Assembly: GCA_903861205.1 (NCBI GenBank) | Contig: CAIOTC010000020.1 | Location: 39,976-103,975, forward strand | Direction: 5' to 3' | Length of the DNA stretch: 64,000 bases | Source: an uncultured bacterium | GTDB lineage: Bacteria > Patescibacteriota > Minisyncoccia > Phycocordibacterales > DATDWN01 | Part shown: piece after piece, positions 18,506 to 28,817 of the stretch | How the letters are laid out: each line of letters begins with the position of its first letter | Numbering within the stretch: position 1 is the first letter of the stretch | Notes under the pieces: model-generated | The model's input: only the letters and a program-made list of their open reading frames with translations | What the model was told of the DNA's origin: nothing | The model's database searches: none | Program-made: the position numbers and the translations under genes

Positions 18506-20590
18506 ATGCAATTTAAGATAAAAAAAGATTTTCAACCTGCTGGTGATCAGCCACAGGCGATTGAGAAGCTGGTCAGTGGTGTCAAAAAAGGTCTGAAGCA
18601 CCAGACCCTTTTGGGCGTGACCGGAAGCGGAAAAACTTTCACCGTGGCCAATGTTATCCAGGAAATTCAGAAGCCGACGTTGGTCATTGCCCACAACAAA
18701 ACTTTGGCCGCTCAACTGGCGCAGGAGTATCGCGAATTTTTTCCCGAAAATGCCGTGCACTATTTTGTTTCGTACTACGACTACTATCAGCCGGAAGCTT
18801 ACATGCCTGTTTCGGACACATACATAGAAAAGGAAGCGATGATAAACCAGGAAATTGAACGTTTGCGACACGCCTCGACGCAGGCGCTTCTGACGCGCAA
18901 AGATGTCATTATTGTGGCGTCTGTTTCGTGCATTTACGGCCTCGGTTCGCCGGTGGAGTATGAAAAAGTTAATTTGAAAATTGGCGTAGGCGAGCGAGTT
19001 TCCCGCGCAGAATTCATCCGCAAACTAATCGACATTCATTTCGAACGCACTACGGCGGATTTGTCGCCGGGACAGTTTCGGGCTATCGGCAACATGGTGG
19101 AAATCATGCCAGTGTCGGAAAAGTGCATTTTTAGAATTGAAATCGAAAATAGTAAAATCGAGAAAATTTTAAAAATCGACGCGATAACGAGAACGATTTT
19201 GGAAGAGACACAAGTTTTCTTTTTGTTTCCAGCCAAACATTTTATTTCCACCAAAGAACAAAGCGCGCAGGCTTTCAAAACAATCAAAGCGGAATTGGCC
19301 GGGCAATTGAAAAAATTTGAAAAGGAGGGAAAACTTTTGGAGGCGGAACGTCTCAAGCGACGAACGAGCTACGACTTGGCGCTTATTCGAGAGATTGGAT
19401 ATTGCAACGGAATCGAAAACTATTCGCGGCATTTTTCCGGCAAGTCAGCGGGCGAACCGCCGGACACTTTGTTGTCGTACTTCCCACATAAGGCTGATGG
19501 CTCGGCTGATTTTTTAACTATCATCGACGAGTCGCACGTTTCTGTCCCTCAAATTGGCGCGATGTACAACGGCGACGCGGCGCGCAAGCAAGCTCTGGTG
19601 GACTATGGTTTTCGCTTACCGAGTTGTCGTGATAATAGGCCTTTGAAGTTTGAAGAATTTGAACAGCGAGTTGGTCAGACGATTTACACCAGCGCCACGC
19701 CGAGCGATTACGAACGTGAGCACAGCACACAAGTGGTGGAGCAGGTTATTCGCCCGACCGGGCTTATCGATCCGGTGGTGGAGGTGCGCCCAATAGTGAG
19801 TGGAAAAGTGTCAAGGGTGCCCCTTGCCATGCGAAGCCAAATGGCAAAGGGCACCTTTGACACGAGTGAGAACTATCCCGGCCAGATTGCCGACTTCATT
19901 GTCGAAGCTGAAGAAAATATCAAGGCTGGCGGACGAGTGATTGCCACGACGCTGACCAAAAAAATGGCGGAGGACTTGTCGGAATATTTGAAAGAAAAAG
20001 GGATTAAAGCCGAATATTTGCACAGCGACATCAAAACGATCGAGCGAATCGAGATTTTGACCAACTTACGTAAAGGGCCGGAAAACGGTGGTTTTGATGT
20101 GCTTGTCGGAGTGAACTTGCTCCGCGAAGGTTTGGATTTGCCGGAGGTGACACTCATCGGCATTTTGGACGCGGACAAGGAGGGATTTTTGCGTAGCGAC
20201 ACATCGCTCATTCAAATCATCGGCCGCGCCGCCAGAAATGTAAAAGGCAAAGTGATTTTATACGCCGACAGCGTGACCAAGTCGATGAAATTTGCTATGG
20301 ATGAAACGAATCGCCGCCGAGCAATCCAGATTGCTTACAATACAAAACACGGCATCACTCCGAAAACGATTATTAAAAAAATTCAGGATATCACCGACCA
20401 ACTGCAATCCAAACACCAAAAAACTGTCAAAGAACTTTTAACCTTCGATATTAAAACGGAAAAAAATATCAAGTCGGTTATAAAATACAAAGAAAAACAG
20501 CTGAACTCCGCCGTCAAAATCCTCGACTTCGAAACAGCAGCGCTTTTGCGTGACGAAATTGTGGAGTTGACAAAGTTGGTGGAAAAATAA
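18506..20590 (+). CDS. uvrB: Excinuclease ABC subunit B
   Basis: QPAGDQP, GVTGSGKT, YFVSYYDYYQPEAY, DESH, NLLREGLDLPEV and FETAALLRD motifs. Confidence 0.97.
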   Translation: MQFKIKKDFQPAGDQPQAIEKLVSGVKKGLKHQTLLGVTGSGKTFTVANVIQEIQKPTLVIAHNKTLAAQLAQEYREFFPENAVHYFVSYYDYYQPEAYMPVSDTYIEKEAMINQEIERLRHASTQALLTRKDVIIVASVSCIYGLGSPVEYEKVNLKIGVGERVSRAEFIRKLIDIHFERTTADLSPGQFRAIGNMVEIMPVSEKCIFRIEIENSKIEKILKIDAITRTILEETQVFFLFPAKHFISTKEQSAQAFKTIKAELAGQLKKFEKEGKLLEAERLKRRTSYDLALIREIGYCNGIENYSRHFSGKSAGEPPDTLLSYFPHKADGSADFLTIIDESHVSVPQIGAMYNGDAARKQALVDYGFRLPSCRDNRPLKFEEFEQRVGQTIYTSATPSDYEREHSTQVVEQVIRPTGLIDPVVEVRPIVSGKVSRVPLAMRSQMAKGTFDTSENYPGQIADFIVEAEENIKAGGRVIATTLTKKMAEDLSEYLKEKGIKAEYLHSDIKTIERIEILTNLRKGPENGGFDVLVGVNLLREGLDLPEVTLIGILDADKEGFLRSDTSLIQIIGRAARNVKGKVILYADSVTKSMKFAMDETNRRRAIQIAYNTKHGITPKTIIKKIQDITDQLQSKHQKTVKELLTFDIKTEKNIKSVIKYKEKQLNSAVKILDFETAALLRDEIVELTKLVEK
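19808..19863. repeat. In-frame palindromic insertion in uvrB
   Basis: 23-bp arms with 2 mismatches and a 10-nt loop; encodes VSRVPLAMRSQMAKGTFDT between 'VEVRP' and 'GQIAD'. Confidence 0.85.
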
Positions 20591-20627
20591 AAGTGCGCAG
20601 CCGTGGCCGCACACTGATAAAAAGCTT

Positions 20628-20903
20628 TTACCATTCTGAGAAATGTTTAGGAATCGGACGATCTCCGACCAATCGTGTCTGTTCTCTAATCAGGCGTTGC
20701 CGGAGAGATTTGATATCAGAAATCAGTTCAAGGCGCGGATCATCTTCTTCGCCTTGGTACAACTCAGAATTGCACATCACATAGTTGACTATGTAACGGA
20801 ATTCTTCCATCGAAATTTCTTTTCCTGCTATTAACAATTTGTTGTAGCAAGGTAAAGTCATCACGGACAACTGGTCATTTCCTTCACCGACAACAAGTGA
20901 CAT
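20628..20903 (-). CDS. Hypothetical protein
   Basis: MSLVVGEGNDQ...YVMCNSELYQGEEDDPRL; GGAGGT SD and a TTGACT-17-TAGTCT promoter. Confidence 0.6.
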   Translation of the reverse strand: MSLVVGEGNDQLSVMTLPCYNKLLIAGKEISMEEFRYIVNYVMCNSELYQGEEDDPRLELISDIKSLRQRLIREQTRLVGDRPIPKHFSEW

Positions 20904-21030
20904 ACAAGTACCTCCGGAGAAAAGACTACATTTATTTGCAAAAATAGTCAATGGTGCTATAATAACTCTGTTACACGTACACCCAATGGGCAATCCATGG
21001 GCGTGTTTCTGTATATTTCTGATGCGTTTC

Positions 21031-21143
21031 TGTCATTCCCGCGAAGAGCCTGTCCTCGACCTGATCGGGGACGGGAATCCAGACTTAAAATGTAACCTAG
21101 ATTCCAGCCTGCGCGGGAATGACATGAAAAAGTGGGAATGACA
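21031..21143. repeat. REP/dRS3-like GTCATTCCCGCG...CGCGGGAATGAC element
   Basis: 13-bp terminal inverted repeats, internal GGGAATCC/GATTCC arms, a nested small palindrome and an extra GGGAATGACA arm. Confidence 0.75.
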
Positions 21144-21148
21144 AAAAT

Positions 21149-23917
21149 ATGAAAAAAGAACAAAAAATAATCGGCGAAAAAATAATCGTCAAAGGCGCGC
21201 GGACACATAACTTGAAAAACATCACGGTGGAGATGCCGCGTAATAAGATGATTGCTTTCACCGGATTGTCTGGAAGTGGCAAATCGTCGCTGGCTTTTGA
21301 CACTATTTTTGCCGAGGGTCAGCGCCGATACGTGGAGTCGCTTTCGTCGTACGCGCGGCAGTTTTTGCGCCAAATGCAAAAGCCGGACGTGGATGAGATT
21401 GTTGGTCTTTCGCCGGCAATTTCCATTGATCAGAAATCGCGTTCAAACAATCCGCGTTCGACCGTGGCGACCATCACCGAGATCTACGACTACTTGCGCA
21501 TTTTGTATTCGCGCGTCGGACATCCGCACTGTTTGGTTTGCGGTGAGGAAATCAAAAAACTTTCCAACGAGGAAATCAAAAATTTTGTGCTGGAAAAAAT
21601 CGCGGTATACAAGAAGGATATTAAATCTAAGAATTTGTTGACACTTAGTGTCGGGGACGGGAAAATGGCGGTGAAAAAAGAAGATCAAATCAAGCAAGCT
21701 ATTTCTGATGCGAAAAATCGAATGTACATAGAGATTTTTGCGCCGGTGGTGCGAGGACGAAAGGGCGAATACTACCAGTTGCTTTACGATTTGCTCGGCA
21801 AAGGTTACTCGCATGTGCTCGTCGACGGAGTTCGCAAATCTTTGCGCGACAGAATTGAGCTGACAAAAACAAAACGGCACTCAATTGACGTTTTGGTCGA
21901 CAGCATCAGCATGTTGGATTTTGTAAATGATCAAAAAAGCGCCGAGGAAAGGTTGTCGGAAGATTTGGAAAAAGCTCTGCATGAGTCCGATGGTGTCGTT
22001 CGAATCGTTTTTAAAGGTGAGGATTCGTTGACACCCGGTGTCAAAGTCTCCCAGACACCGGGTGTCAACGAATCTGCAGAAAAAGAATTTTTCATGTCCA
22101 ATAAACTTTCGTGTCCAAACGACGGCTATTCATATCCGGAAGTTGAACCTCGGTTGTTTTCTTTCAACTCGCCGTATGGCGCTTGCCCGGAATGCAACGG
22201 TCTCGGTACACGATATTTTTTTAGCAAGGAAGTTTGTCCGGTCTGCCACGGCGCGCGATTGCGACCGGAAGCGCTCCATGTGACTTTGGGTAATAGCCCT
22301 AGGTCTCACCTAGGGCAGAATATTAATGGTCTAAATATTGTGGAACTGACAGCCATGTCAATCAAAGACTGCTACGATTTTTTTGAACATCTCAAATTGA
22401 CCGAGCGCGAAAAAAGTATCTCCAAAGTGGTTTTGCGAGAAATCGAATCGCGTTTGCTTTTCATGCTCAACGTCGGCATCGAATATCTCCAGCTCGATCG
22501 CCGAGCTCATACACTTTCTGGCGGAGAAGCCCAGCGTATTCGCTTGGCGTCACAACTTGGCTCGGGACTCGTCGGCGCGTTGTATGTACTCGACGAACCG
22601 ACCATCGGACTTCATTCCCGCGACAACGCTCGGTTGGTGGAAACTTTGCTCGAGTTGCGCAATCTCGGCAATACTATAATAGTGGTCGAGCACGACGAGG
22701 ACACAATTTTTGCTTCGGATTATTTGGTGGACATCGGACCAAAAGCTGGCGTGCACGGCGGGGAAGTGGTGGTTGCCGGGTATCTTGACGAACTTATCTC
22801 GGCAAAAAAGAACGAGTCTGGATCGCTCACGCTGGATTATTTGCGCGGTGACAAAATTATTGAGTTGCCTGAGTCTCGTCGAGAGTCGCCAAAAGGTGAG
22901 TTACAAATTCGCGGTGGAAAAATTTTCAATATTAAAAATTTGAATGTCGATTTGCCGCTGGGGAAATTTGTGGCGGTGACTGGTGTGTCCGGCTCTGGCA
23001 AGTCGTCTTTTGTTTACGAAATTTTGCACAAAAATTTGCAGGCGCGTTTTGAGCGTAAATATCGCAGCGCCGAAATTTTCAACTGCAAATCTTTCGCCGG
23101 AACCGAATATCTCGGCCGAGCCATTTTGATCGACCAGTCGCCGATTGGCCGAACCCCGCGCAGCAATCCAGCCACTTACACAGGCAGTTGGACGTTTATT
23201 CGCCAACTTTTCGCCGAAACTGCCGAGGCGCGAGCGCGCGGATGGAAAGCCAACAGATTTTCATTTAACGTCAAAGGTGGGCGGTGCGAAGTTTGCGGCG
23301 GCAACGGAGAAATTGAAGTGGAGATGCACTTTTTGCCGACGGTTTACGTGCCGTGCGATGTCTGTCACGGCCGGCGATTTACCAAAGAAACGTTGGAAGT
23401 AAAATACAAGCACAAAAATATTTACGACGTGCTTTCGATGACTGTCGAGGAGGCGCTGAAATTTTTCGAGGACATTCCAGCGGTGGCCGATCGTTTGAGA
23501 ACACTCAATGAAGTTGGCCTCGGATATTTGCAACTTGGCCAGTCAGCTACAACACTTTCGGGCGGTGAAGCCCAACGCGTCAAAATTTCCAGCGAGCTTT
23601 ATCGTCCGCACTTGCAGAAAACGATTTACTTGCTCGACGAGCCGACGATCGGTTTGCATTACGAGGACGTTAAAAAACTGATCGAAATTTTGCAAACCTT
23701 GGTCAATCACGGAAACACGGTGGTGGTTATTGAGCATAACATGGATATTATCAAGTCATGCGATTATGTCATCGACATCGGACCGGAAGGCGGAGATGGT
23801 GGCGGACAACTGGTGGCCAAAGGCACGCCGGAGGAAATAGCGAACACAGAGAAATCCTACACCGGGCAGTATCTCAGGAAAGCACTCAAGCAATACAAAG
23901 CGTACCGCTCGCATTAA
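21149..23917 (+). CDS. uvrA: Excinuclease ABC subunit A
   Basis: [14 protein letters not shown], two [16 protein letters not shown] and zinc-finger motifs; lacks the usual insertion domain. Confidence 0.97.
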   Translation: MKKEQKIIGEKIIVKGARTHNLKNITVEMPRNKMIAFTGLSGSGKSSLAFDTIFAEGQRRYVESLSSYARQFLRQMQKPDVDEIVGLSPAISIDQKSRSNNPRSTVATITEIYDYLRILYSRVGHPHCLVCGEEIKKLSNEEIKNFVLEKIAVYKKDIKSKNLLTLSVGDGKMAVKKEDQIKQAISDAKNRMYIEIFAPVVRGRKGEYYQLLYDLLGKGYSHVLVDGVRKSLRDRIELTKTKRHSIDVLVDSISMLDFVNDQKSAEERLSEDLEKALHESDGVVRIVFKGEDSLTPGVKVSQTPGVNESAEKEFFMSNKLSCPNDGYSYPEVEPRLFSFNSPYGACPECNGLGTRYFFSKEVCPVCHGARLRPEALHVTLGNSPRSHLGQNINGLNIVELTAMSIKDCYDFFEHLKLTEREKSISKVVLREIESRLLFMLNVGIEYLQLDRRAHTLSGGEAQRIRLASQLGSGLVGALYVLDEPTIGLHSRDNARLVETLLELRNLGNTIIVVEHDEDTIFASDYLVDIGPKAGVHGGEVVVAGYLDELISAKKNESGSLTLDYLRGDKIIELPESRRESPKGELQIRGGKIFNIKNLNVDLPLGKFVAVTGVSGSGKSSFVYEILHKNLQARFERKYRSAEIFNCKSFAGTEYLGRAILIDQSPIGRTPRSNPATYTGSWTFIRQLFAETAEARARGWKANRFSFNVKGGRCEVCGGNGEIEVEMHFLPTVYVPCDVCHGRRFTKETLEVKYKHKNIYDVLSMTVEEALKFFEDIPAVADRLRTLNEVGLGYLQLGQSATTLSGGEAQRVKISSELYRPHLQKTIYLLDEPTIGLHYEDVKKLIEILQTLVNHGNTVVVIEHNMDIIKSCDYVIDIGPEGGDGGGQLVAKGTPEEIANTEKSYTGQYLRKALKQYKAYRSH
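22022..22074. repeat. In-frame palindromic insertion in uvrA (GACAC-N3-GTGTC family)
   Basis: Perfect 21-bp arms GATTCGTTGACACCCGGTGTC / GACACCGGGTGTCAACGAATC; encodes [18 protein letters not shown]. Confidence 0.9.
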
Positions 23918-24010
23918 TCCTCCTTTTTTAAAGGAGGTGCCCGCAGGGCGGAGGATTTTTTGAATTCAAAATCCCTCGGCCTTTGGCCACTCCCTTTAGG
24001 AAAGGGAGAA
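23916..24010. repeat. REP-like GC-rich palindrome cluster after uvrA
   Basis: CCTCCTTT..AAAGGAGG and TCCCTTT..AAAGGGA hairpins flanking GGATTTT..AAAATCC. Confidence 0.6.
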
Positions 24011-24062
24011 TTAAATCCAAGACAAAAAGAAAAGGCGCCGGGATCTCCGGCACCTCTGGCGG

Positions 24063-24278
24063 CTAATCGAAATCTAGAGGGTTGATTTTCAGCCCTCGCC
24101 GTCGAGCTTCTCTCATGGTCCTTATGGAAAGAATCGTGAGTAAATCTTCCGGCGACCCCTCCCCGCTAATCTGAAAAATAATTTCTACGCCGGGTTGCGC
24201 GACGTATGTTTCGCCCCATAATCTAAAGTGGGGCATAATATCATTACCTAATTTGACTACATAAATCGTTCCTTGCAT
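24063..24278 (-). CDS. Hypothetical small protein
   Basis: GGAGG SD upstream; terminator-like hairpin at 24024-24055. Confidence 0.5.
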   Translation of the reverse strand: MQGTIYVVKLGNDIMPHFRLWGETYVAQPGVEIIFQISGEGSPEDLLTILSIRTMREARRRGLKINPLDFD

Positions 24279-24313
24279 GTGCTTCCTCCGATAATTATGA
24301 TATAATAGATAAA

Positions 24314-25660
24314 ATGAATAGTCAAGCCATCAAAAAGAAAATAGCCAGGTTGCCGGATGCGCCTGGGGTGTATCAATTTTTGCGAGGGAAAAAGATTCTT
24401 TACATCGGTAAAGCGACATCTCTGCGCGATAGGGTGCGGAGCTATTTTGCCGGGGATATTGAAGTCACTCGCGGACCGCTAATTTCTAAAATGCTTGGGC
24501 GATTCGACGATATCAAATTTCAGAAAACTGATTCCGTTTTGGAAGCACTGATTTTGGAAGCGAATCTCATCAAAAAATATCAGCCGGAGGCCAACACAAT
24601 GGAAAAGGACGACAAAAGTTTTAATTTTGTTGTGATTACCGACGAGAATTTCCCGCGTGTTCTCGTTGTCCGCGGCAGGGAATTAGAAACATCGAGTGTC
24701 GGCGGCGAAGCAACGCAGTCACTTGGTGTTGGGAAATTATTGTATTCCTTCGGTCCCTTCACCAACGGCAGACAACTCAAGGAGGCAATGAAAATCGTCC
24801 GCAAACTTTTTCCATACCGCGATAGGTGTCAACCTGTGGACACCGGGTGTCAACGAAAAGGAGGGCTAAAAATAAGGCCATGTTTCAATCGCCAGCTCGG
24901 ATTGTGTCCGGGGGTTTGCACGGGAGAAATTAGCAAAAAAGATTATGCAAAAACGATAAAGAACATCAGGTTATTTTTTGAAGGTAATAAAAAACAAATC
25001 GTTAAAAATTTGGAAAAAGAAATGAAAATTTTGGCCAAAAATCGCGAGTTTGAAAAAGCCGGAAAAATAAAAAATAAAATATTCGCTTTGAATCATATCC
25101 GCGATGTGGCGCTGATTAAAAATGCGGATTCCCAAGGTCTGGCCTTTAATGCCCAATTCCCCAAGGACAGACCTTTGAATGCAGGGTTCAGAATTGAATC
25201 CTACGACGTTGCGCACATGTCAGGGCAAAATGTTGTCGGGGTGATGACGGTGGTGGAAAACGGCGAGACCAAAAAATCAGATTACAGAAAATTTAAAATT
25301 CGAGAAAATCCGGGAGTGAATGACACCAAAGCATTGGCGGAAATTTTGACGAGACGACTCGGGCACATCGAGTGGTCTTTGCCGAATCTGATCGTCGTTG
25401 ATGGGGGAGTGGCACAGAGAAATGTTGCAGAGAAAGTGCTGAAAGAAAACGGCGCGCAAATTCCCGTTGTGTCGGTTGTGAAAGACGATCATCACCGACC
25501 AAAACAAATTCTCGGTGACCCCGGTAGCAGAGCAAAGCTCGCTACGGGGCAGGCCGGCGGTTGGAATGAAATTGAGAGGCAGATTTTATTGGCTAACTCT
25601 GAAGCGCATCGCTTCGCCCTATCTTTTCATAAGCAATTAAGAAGTAAAAATTACCACTGA
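24314..25660 (+). CDS. uvrC: Excinuclease ABC subunit C (short form)
   Basis: GIY-YIG (PGVYQF, YIGKA), UVR (FEKA) and RNase H-like (RIESYDVAH, PNLIVVDGG, EAHRFA) motifs; no C-terminal HhH2. Confidence 0.92.
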   Translation: MNSQAIKKKIARLPDAPGVYQFLRGKKILYIGKATSLRDRVRSYFAGDIEVTRGPLISKMLGRFDDIKFQKTDSVLEALILEANLIKKYQPEANTMEKDDKSFNFVVITDENFPRVLVVRGRELETSSVGGEATQSLGVGKLLYSFGPFTNGRQLKEAMKIVRKLFPYRDRCQPVDTGCQRKGGLKIRPCFNRQLGLCPGVCTGEISKKDYAKTIKNIRLFFEGNKKQIVKNLEKEMKILAKNREFEKAGKIKNKIFALNHIRDVALIKNADSQGLAFNAQFPKDRPLNAGFRIESYDVAHMSGQNVVGVMTVVENGETKKSDYRKFKIRENPGVNDTKALAEILTRRLGHIEWSLPNLIVVDGGVAQRNVAEKVLKENGAQIPVVSVVKDDHHRPKQILGDPGSRAKLATGQAGGWNEIERQILLANSEAHRFALSFHKQLRSKNYH

Positions 25661-25785
25661 GCAAATTTTGTCGAGCCAACACTTTTCCGGCGCATTGCGG
25701 AATGCGTGAAGACATGAGCAGGAAGAAAATTTTCACCAGAAAATTATTCTGGCGACGGAAAAGTGTTGGATTGTAAGAAATTTGC
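25661..25785. repeat. MITE-like inverted repeat element directly after the uvrC stop
   Basis: GCAAATTT..CCAACACTTTTCCG / CGGAAAAGTGTTGG..AAATTTGC. Confidence 0.65.
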
Positions 25786-25969
25786 GACTATGACTTTTCC
25801 ACATTGCTTCAAAATTTTTTTTCTGTATAATGAACCCCGGATGTTCCTTCGATTTCTGCAGAAATCTTCGGGCCCTATTTGGGGCCATCATTTTTTAATT
25901 CGAATCCAATTGTCACGGGTCAGGCAGTTGGATTTTTGTGCACGTGAAATTTAATGTATAATAATATGC

Positions 25970-26950
25970 ATGCAAACGCTTCCAAATAATTTGCGCATCG
26001 GCGTCATTCGCGGCGGACCGTCGGCTGAGTATGATGTGTCACTTAAAAGTGGAGCCAATGTTTTGAAAACACTTTCGGAAACTCACAGGCCGTTGGATAT
26101 TTTCATTTCAAAAGACGGCACATGGCATGTGCAAGGAATTGTGCGAAGCCCTGAAAGAATTTTGCCTCACGTTGATGTCGTTTTTAACGCTTTGCATGGC
26201 GCGTTTGGCGAGGATGGCAAATTGCAAAAAATTTTAGATCATCACGGCGTCAAATACACCGGATCCAACTCGTATTCGTCAGCCATTTGCATGAACAAAG
26301 TTTTAAGCAAAGAAATTTTTATTAAACACGGACTGAAAACTCCACACTACGCGGTTATAAAAAGAAACGACGATATTGCTGAAAAAGTCAGAGAAATTTT
26401 CAAGACATTTGTAATGCCTGTTATCGTCAAACCGGCCGGCTCCGGATCATCAATCGGTGTGTCGGTTGTCAGAACGATTCCGGAAATAATTGATGCTGCG
26501 AGGTCAGCCTTCAAACATGGCACAAGTGTTTTGGTCGAGGAATTTATAAAAGGCAAGGAAGCGACATGCGCTGTAATGGAGGATTGGAGAGGTCAGCCAG
26601 TCTACGCGCTACTGCCGGTGGAAATAAGAATGAAAAATGAGGACAAATTTTTCGATTACGATTCAAAATATTCCGATGGCGCATGCGAGGAAATTTGCCC
26701 GGGGAAATTTTTGAAAGATGAAAAAAATGTGCTGGAAGAATGCGCCAGAAAAGCACACGAATCCTTACAATTGTCACATTATTCCAGATCAGATTTCATT
26801 GTCTCGCCAAACAGGGGAGTTTATATTTTGGAAACGAATTCCTTGCCTGGTTTGACCGATGAATCGCTTTTGCCCAAGTCGCTTTCGGCCGTCGGAATAT
26901 CCACGCGTGACTTTTTGCACCACGTTTTATCTCTTGCGATGAGTGGATAA
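25970..26950 (+). CDS. ddl: D-alanine--D-alanine ligase
   Basis: GGPSAEYDVSLKSG, LHGAFGEDG, VKPAGSGSSIGV, FDYDSKY and ETNSLPG motifs. Confidence 0.95.
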   Translation: MQTLPNNLRIGVIRGGPSAEYDVSLKSGANVLKTLSETHRPLDIFISKDGTWHVQGIVRSPERILPHVDVVFNALHGAFGEDGKLQKILDHHGVKYTGSNSYSSAICMNKVLSKEIFIKHGLKTPHYAVIKRNDDIAEKVREIFKTFVMPVIVKPAGSGSSIGVSVVRTIPEIIDAARSAFKHGTSVLVEEFIKGKEATCAVMEDWRGQPVYALLPVEIRMKNEDKFFDYDSKYSDGACEEICPGKFLKDEKNVLEECARKAHESLQLSHYSRSDFIVSPNRGVYILETNSLPGLTDESLLPKSLSAVGISTRDFLHHVLSLAMSG

Positions 26951-26975
26951 TTTTGTTATATTTCAGCTTGTGTTT

Positions 26976-27048
26976 GGGCCGTTAGCTCATCTGGTAGAGC
27001 ACTACATTTGCAATGTAGGGGTGGCAGGTTCGAGTCCTGTACGGTCCA
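26976..27048 (+). tRNA. tRNA-Ala(TGC)
   Basis: GGGCCGT...CTACA-TT-TGC-AA-TGTAG...GGTTCGAGTCC...ACGGTCCA; G3:U70 identity pair. Confidence 0.96.
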
Positions 27049-27074
27049 CTTTTTATAAACTAACAAAAAATATT

Positions 27075-27275
27075 ATGGAAGCAGAAAAATGTTTGTGCAA
27101 GTGCAAAAAAGGCAACAGCACAATGGGCGGGATTTATGGCGTGGCATTTCTGGGCGCGCTGGTTTATTACATCCAACACGCGACGACGTTTTGGATGGGA
27201 GTTTTGGGCGTTCTCAAGGCGGCAGTCTGGCCGGCCATGCTGATCTACAAAGTTTTGTCGCTTTTGAAAATGTAA
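27075..27275 (+). CDS. Small membrane protein
   Basis: GGIYGVAFLGALVYYIQHATTFWMGVLGVLKAAVWPA; ATG at 27075 lies after the tRNA. Confidence 0.75.
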   Translation: MEAEKCLCKCKKGNSTMGGIYGVAFLGALVYYIQHATTFWMGVLGVLKAAVWPAMLIYKVLSLLKM

Positions 27276-27374
27276 ATCGATTCATCTTTTCTTAATCCGC
27301 TCATATTATAATGTCCGCGTTGGTCGATTAAGTGGCTTAAATTAACTTAAATTAATTAGATAATAATTAAATTT

Positions 27375-27566
27375 ATGAAAGCAACAATATCACCAGTGGA
27401 CTTGGAAAAGTACCTCAGCGGTATCAGCTATCCAGCCAACAAACAGATGATCATACAGAACGCCAAAGGCAAAGGAGCCAGCGGAGACGTGTTGGGCGCG
27501 TTAAACGGTCTTCCCAACAGGGAGTTCGCCGACAGCGCTGACGTTTCCGATGAACTCGAATCCTGA
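27375..27566 (+). CDS. DUF2795-like small protein
   Basis: KYLSGISYPANKQ.II..A...GA...VL.AL..LP.REF. Confidence 0.8.
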   Translation: MKATISPVDLEKYLSGISYPANKQMIIQNAKGKGASGDVLGALNGLPNREFADSADVSDELES

Positions 27567-27667
27567 TTTTACGGAAAGGAACTAAGCCAAAAAAATATCG
27601 TGAAATAAAACAAGAATCCTCCTCGCGGGGATTTTTGTTTTAAGATTTTGATAGCATAATGACAAAA

Positions 27668-28462
27668 TCAGTAGTATTTTTTTATGTTGGCTTGGTGGCC
27701 GGCGTATGTTGACGAGCAGTGGATCACGCCTTTTTTGTCGTGCAAATAATACAGGCAGGAAGTTTTTTGCGGATTGTAAGCGGCGTCGAGCGCGGCCAGT
27801 CCGGGATTGGCGATCGGCGTCGGCGGCAGTGACGGATACATGTAGGTGTTGTAGAGCGAATCGATTTTCTTGTCCGCCGGTTCCACTGTCGGCCACCAAC
27901 CGTCTTCCTCGGAACCTTTGGCGTATTGCAGAGTGGCGTCCATTTGCAATTTCATGCCGGAAAAAAGTCGATTCCAAATGATTCCGGAAATTAATTTCAT
28001 ATCGCTTTTGCCTGCTGCTTCGCGCTGAATAATGGAGGCGATTTTGACGGCCGTGTCCTCGCTGATGATTTTTGTCGCTTTCGGTTTGGGCACGGTTTTG
28101 ATTTCTTTTTTGTATTCGGAAAGCATCGTCTGGCTGACATCAACCGGACTGTCATCTTTGTTTATCATGTAACTTTTCGGAAAGTAATATCCTTCCATAC
28201 TGACGAGGCCGAGCGCGATGTGAGCGTTTTCAAATTCAACTTTTTCGCTTGGATCCCAGCCAAGTTTGTCGCCCATCAGATCGGCGATTTGTTCTTTGCG
28301 CAAACCTTCCTGAACTTTGACGATTCGCACCGACGGGTTGGCCAGGTTTTCGTAAAAGGAAAGGGAAGCCAGATCGTTCCAGCCGAAACCGTAATAAAAA
28401 ACAAGCGCGCCTAAACTTCCTGCAGCGATAAAAACTAAAATAAAAACGTGTTTCCACTTCAT
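27668..28462 (-). CDS. mltG: Endolytic transglycosylase MltG
   Basis: EGYYFP, IASIIQREA, NRL..GMKLQMDAT and YNTY...LPPTPIANPG motifs. Confidence 0.93.
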   Translation of the reverse strand: MKWKHVFILVFIAAGSLGALVFYYGFGWNDLASLSFYENLANPSVRIVKVQEGLRKEQIADLMGDKLGWDPSEKVEFENAHIALGLVSMEGYYFPKSYMINKDDSPVDVSQTMLSEYKKEIKTVPKPKATKIISEDTAVKIASIIQREAAGKSDMKLISGIIWNRLFSGMKLQMDATLQYAKGSEEDGWWPTVEPADKKIDSLYNTYMYPSLPPTPIANPGLAALDAAYNPQKTSCLYYLHDKKGVIHCSSTYAGHQANIKKYY

Positions 28463-28528
28463 ATATTTTTATGATAACATACTTGAGAAGAATTTAAAAT
28501 TTAGAATTTAGAATTTAAAATTGAACCC

Positions 28529-28753
28529 ATGAGTATAAAAGATTATTTGATGAAAAAAATGTTAGCGTCGAAATTAAAAGATGTTCCGCAAGTCGAGCAA
28601 GATAAAATGTTTGCCATGATCGAAAAAAATCCGGACCTTTTCCAAAAAATCGCGCTGGAAGTTCAGGAAGAAATGAAACTCGGCAAAGATCAAATGTCCG
28701 CCACCATGTCCGTGGTCAAAAAATACGAGGAGGAGTTGAAGGGGGTGATGTAA
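28529..28753 (+). CDS. Hypothetical small helical protein
   Basis: Clean 74-aa ORF with MIEKNPDLFQKIA and DQMSATM. Confidence 0.75.
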   Translation: MSIKDYLMKKMLASKLKDVPQVEQDKMFAMIEKNPDLFQKIALEVQEEMKLGKDQMSATMSVVKKYEEELKGVM

Positions 28754-28817
28754 GTGGTCATTTACATTAAATTGATTTTATGCTTGTATATAGTGGGAGT
28801 TATTTGAAAACAAAACT

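Noticed and set aside
26943-27074. N-terminal extension of the ORF across tRNA-Ala
   Set aside because: Overlaps a perfect tRNA; the real start is probably ATG 27075.
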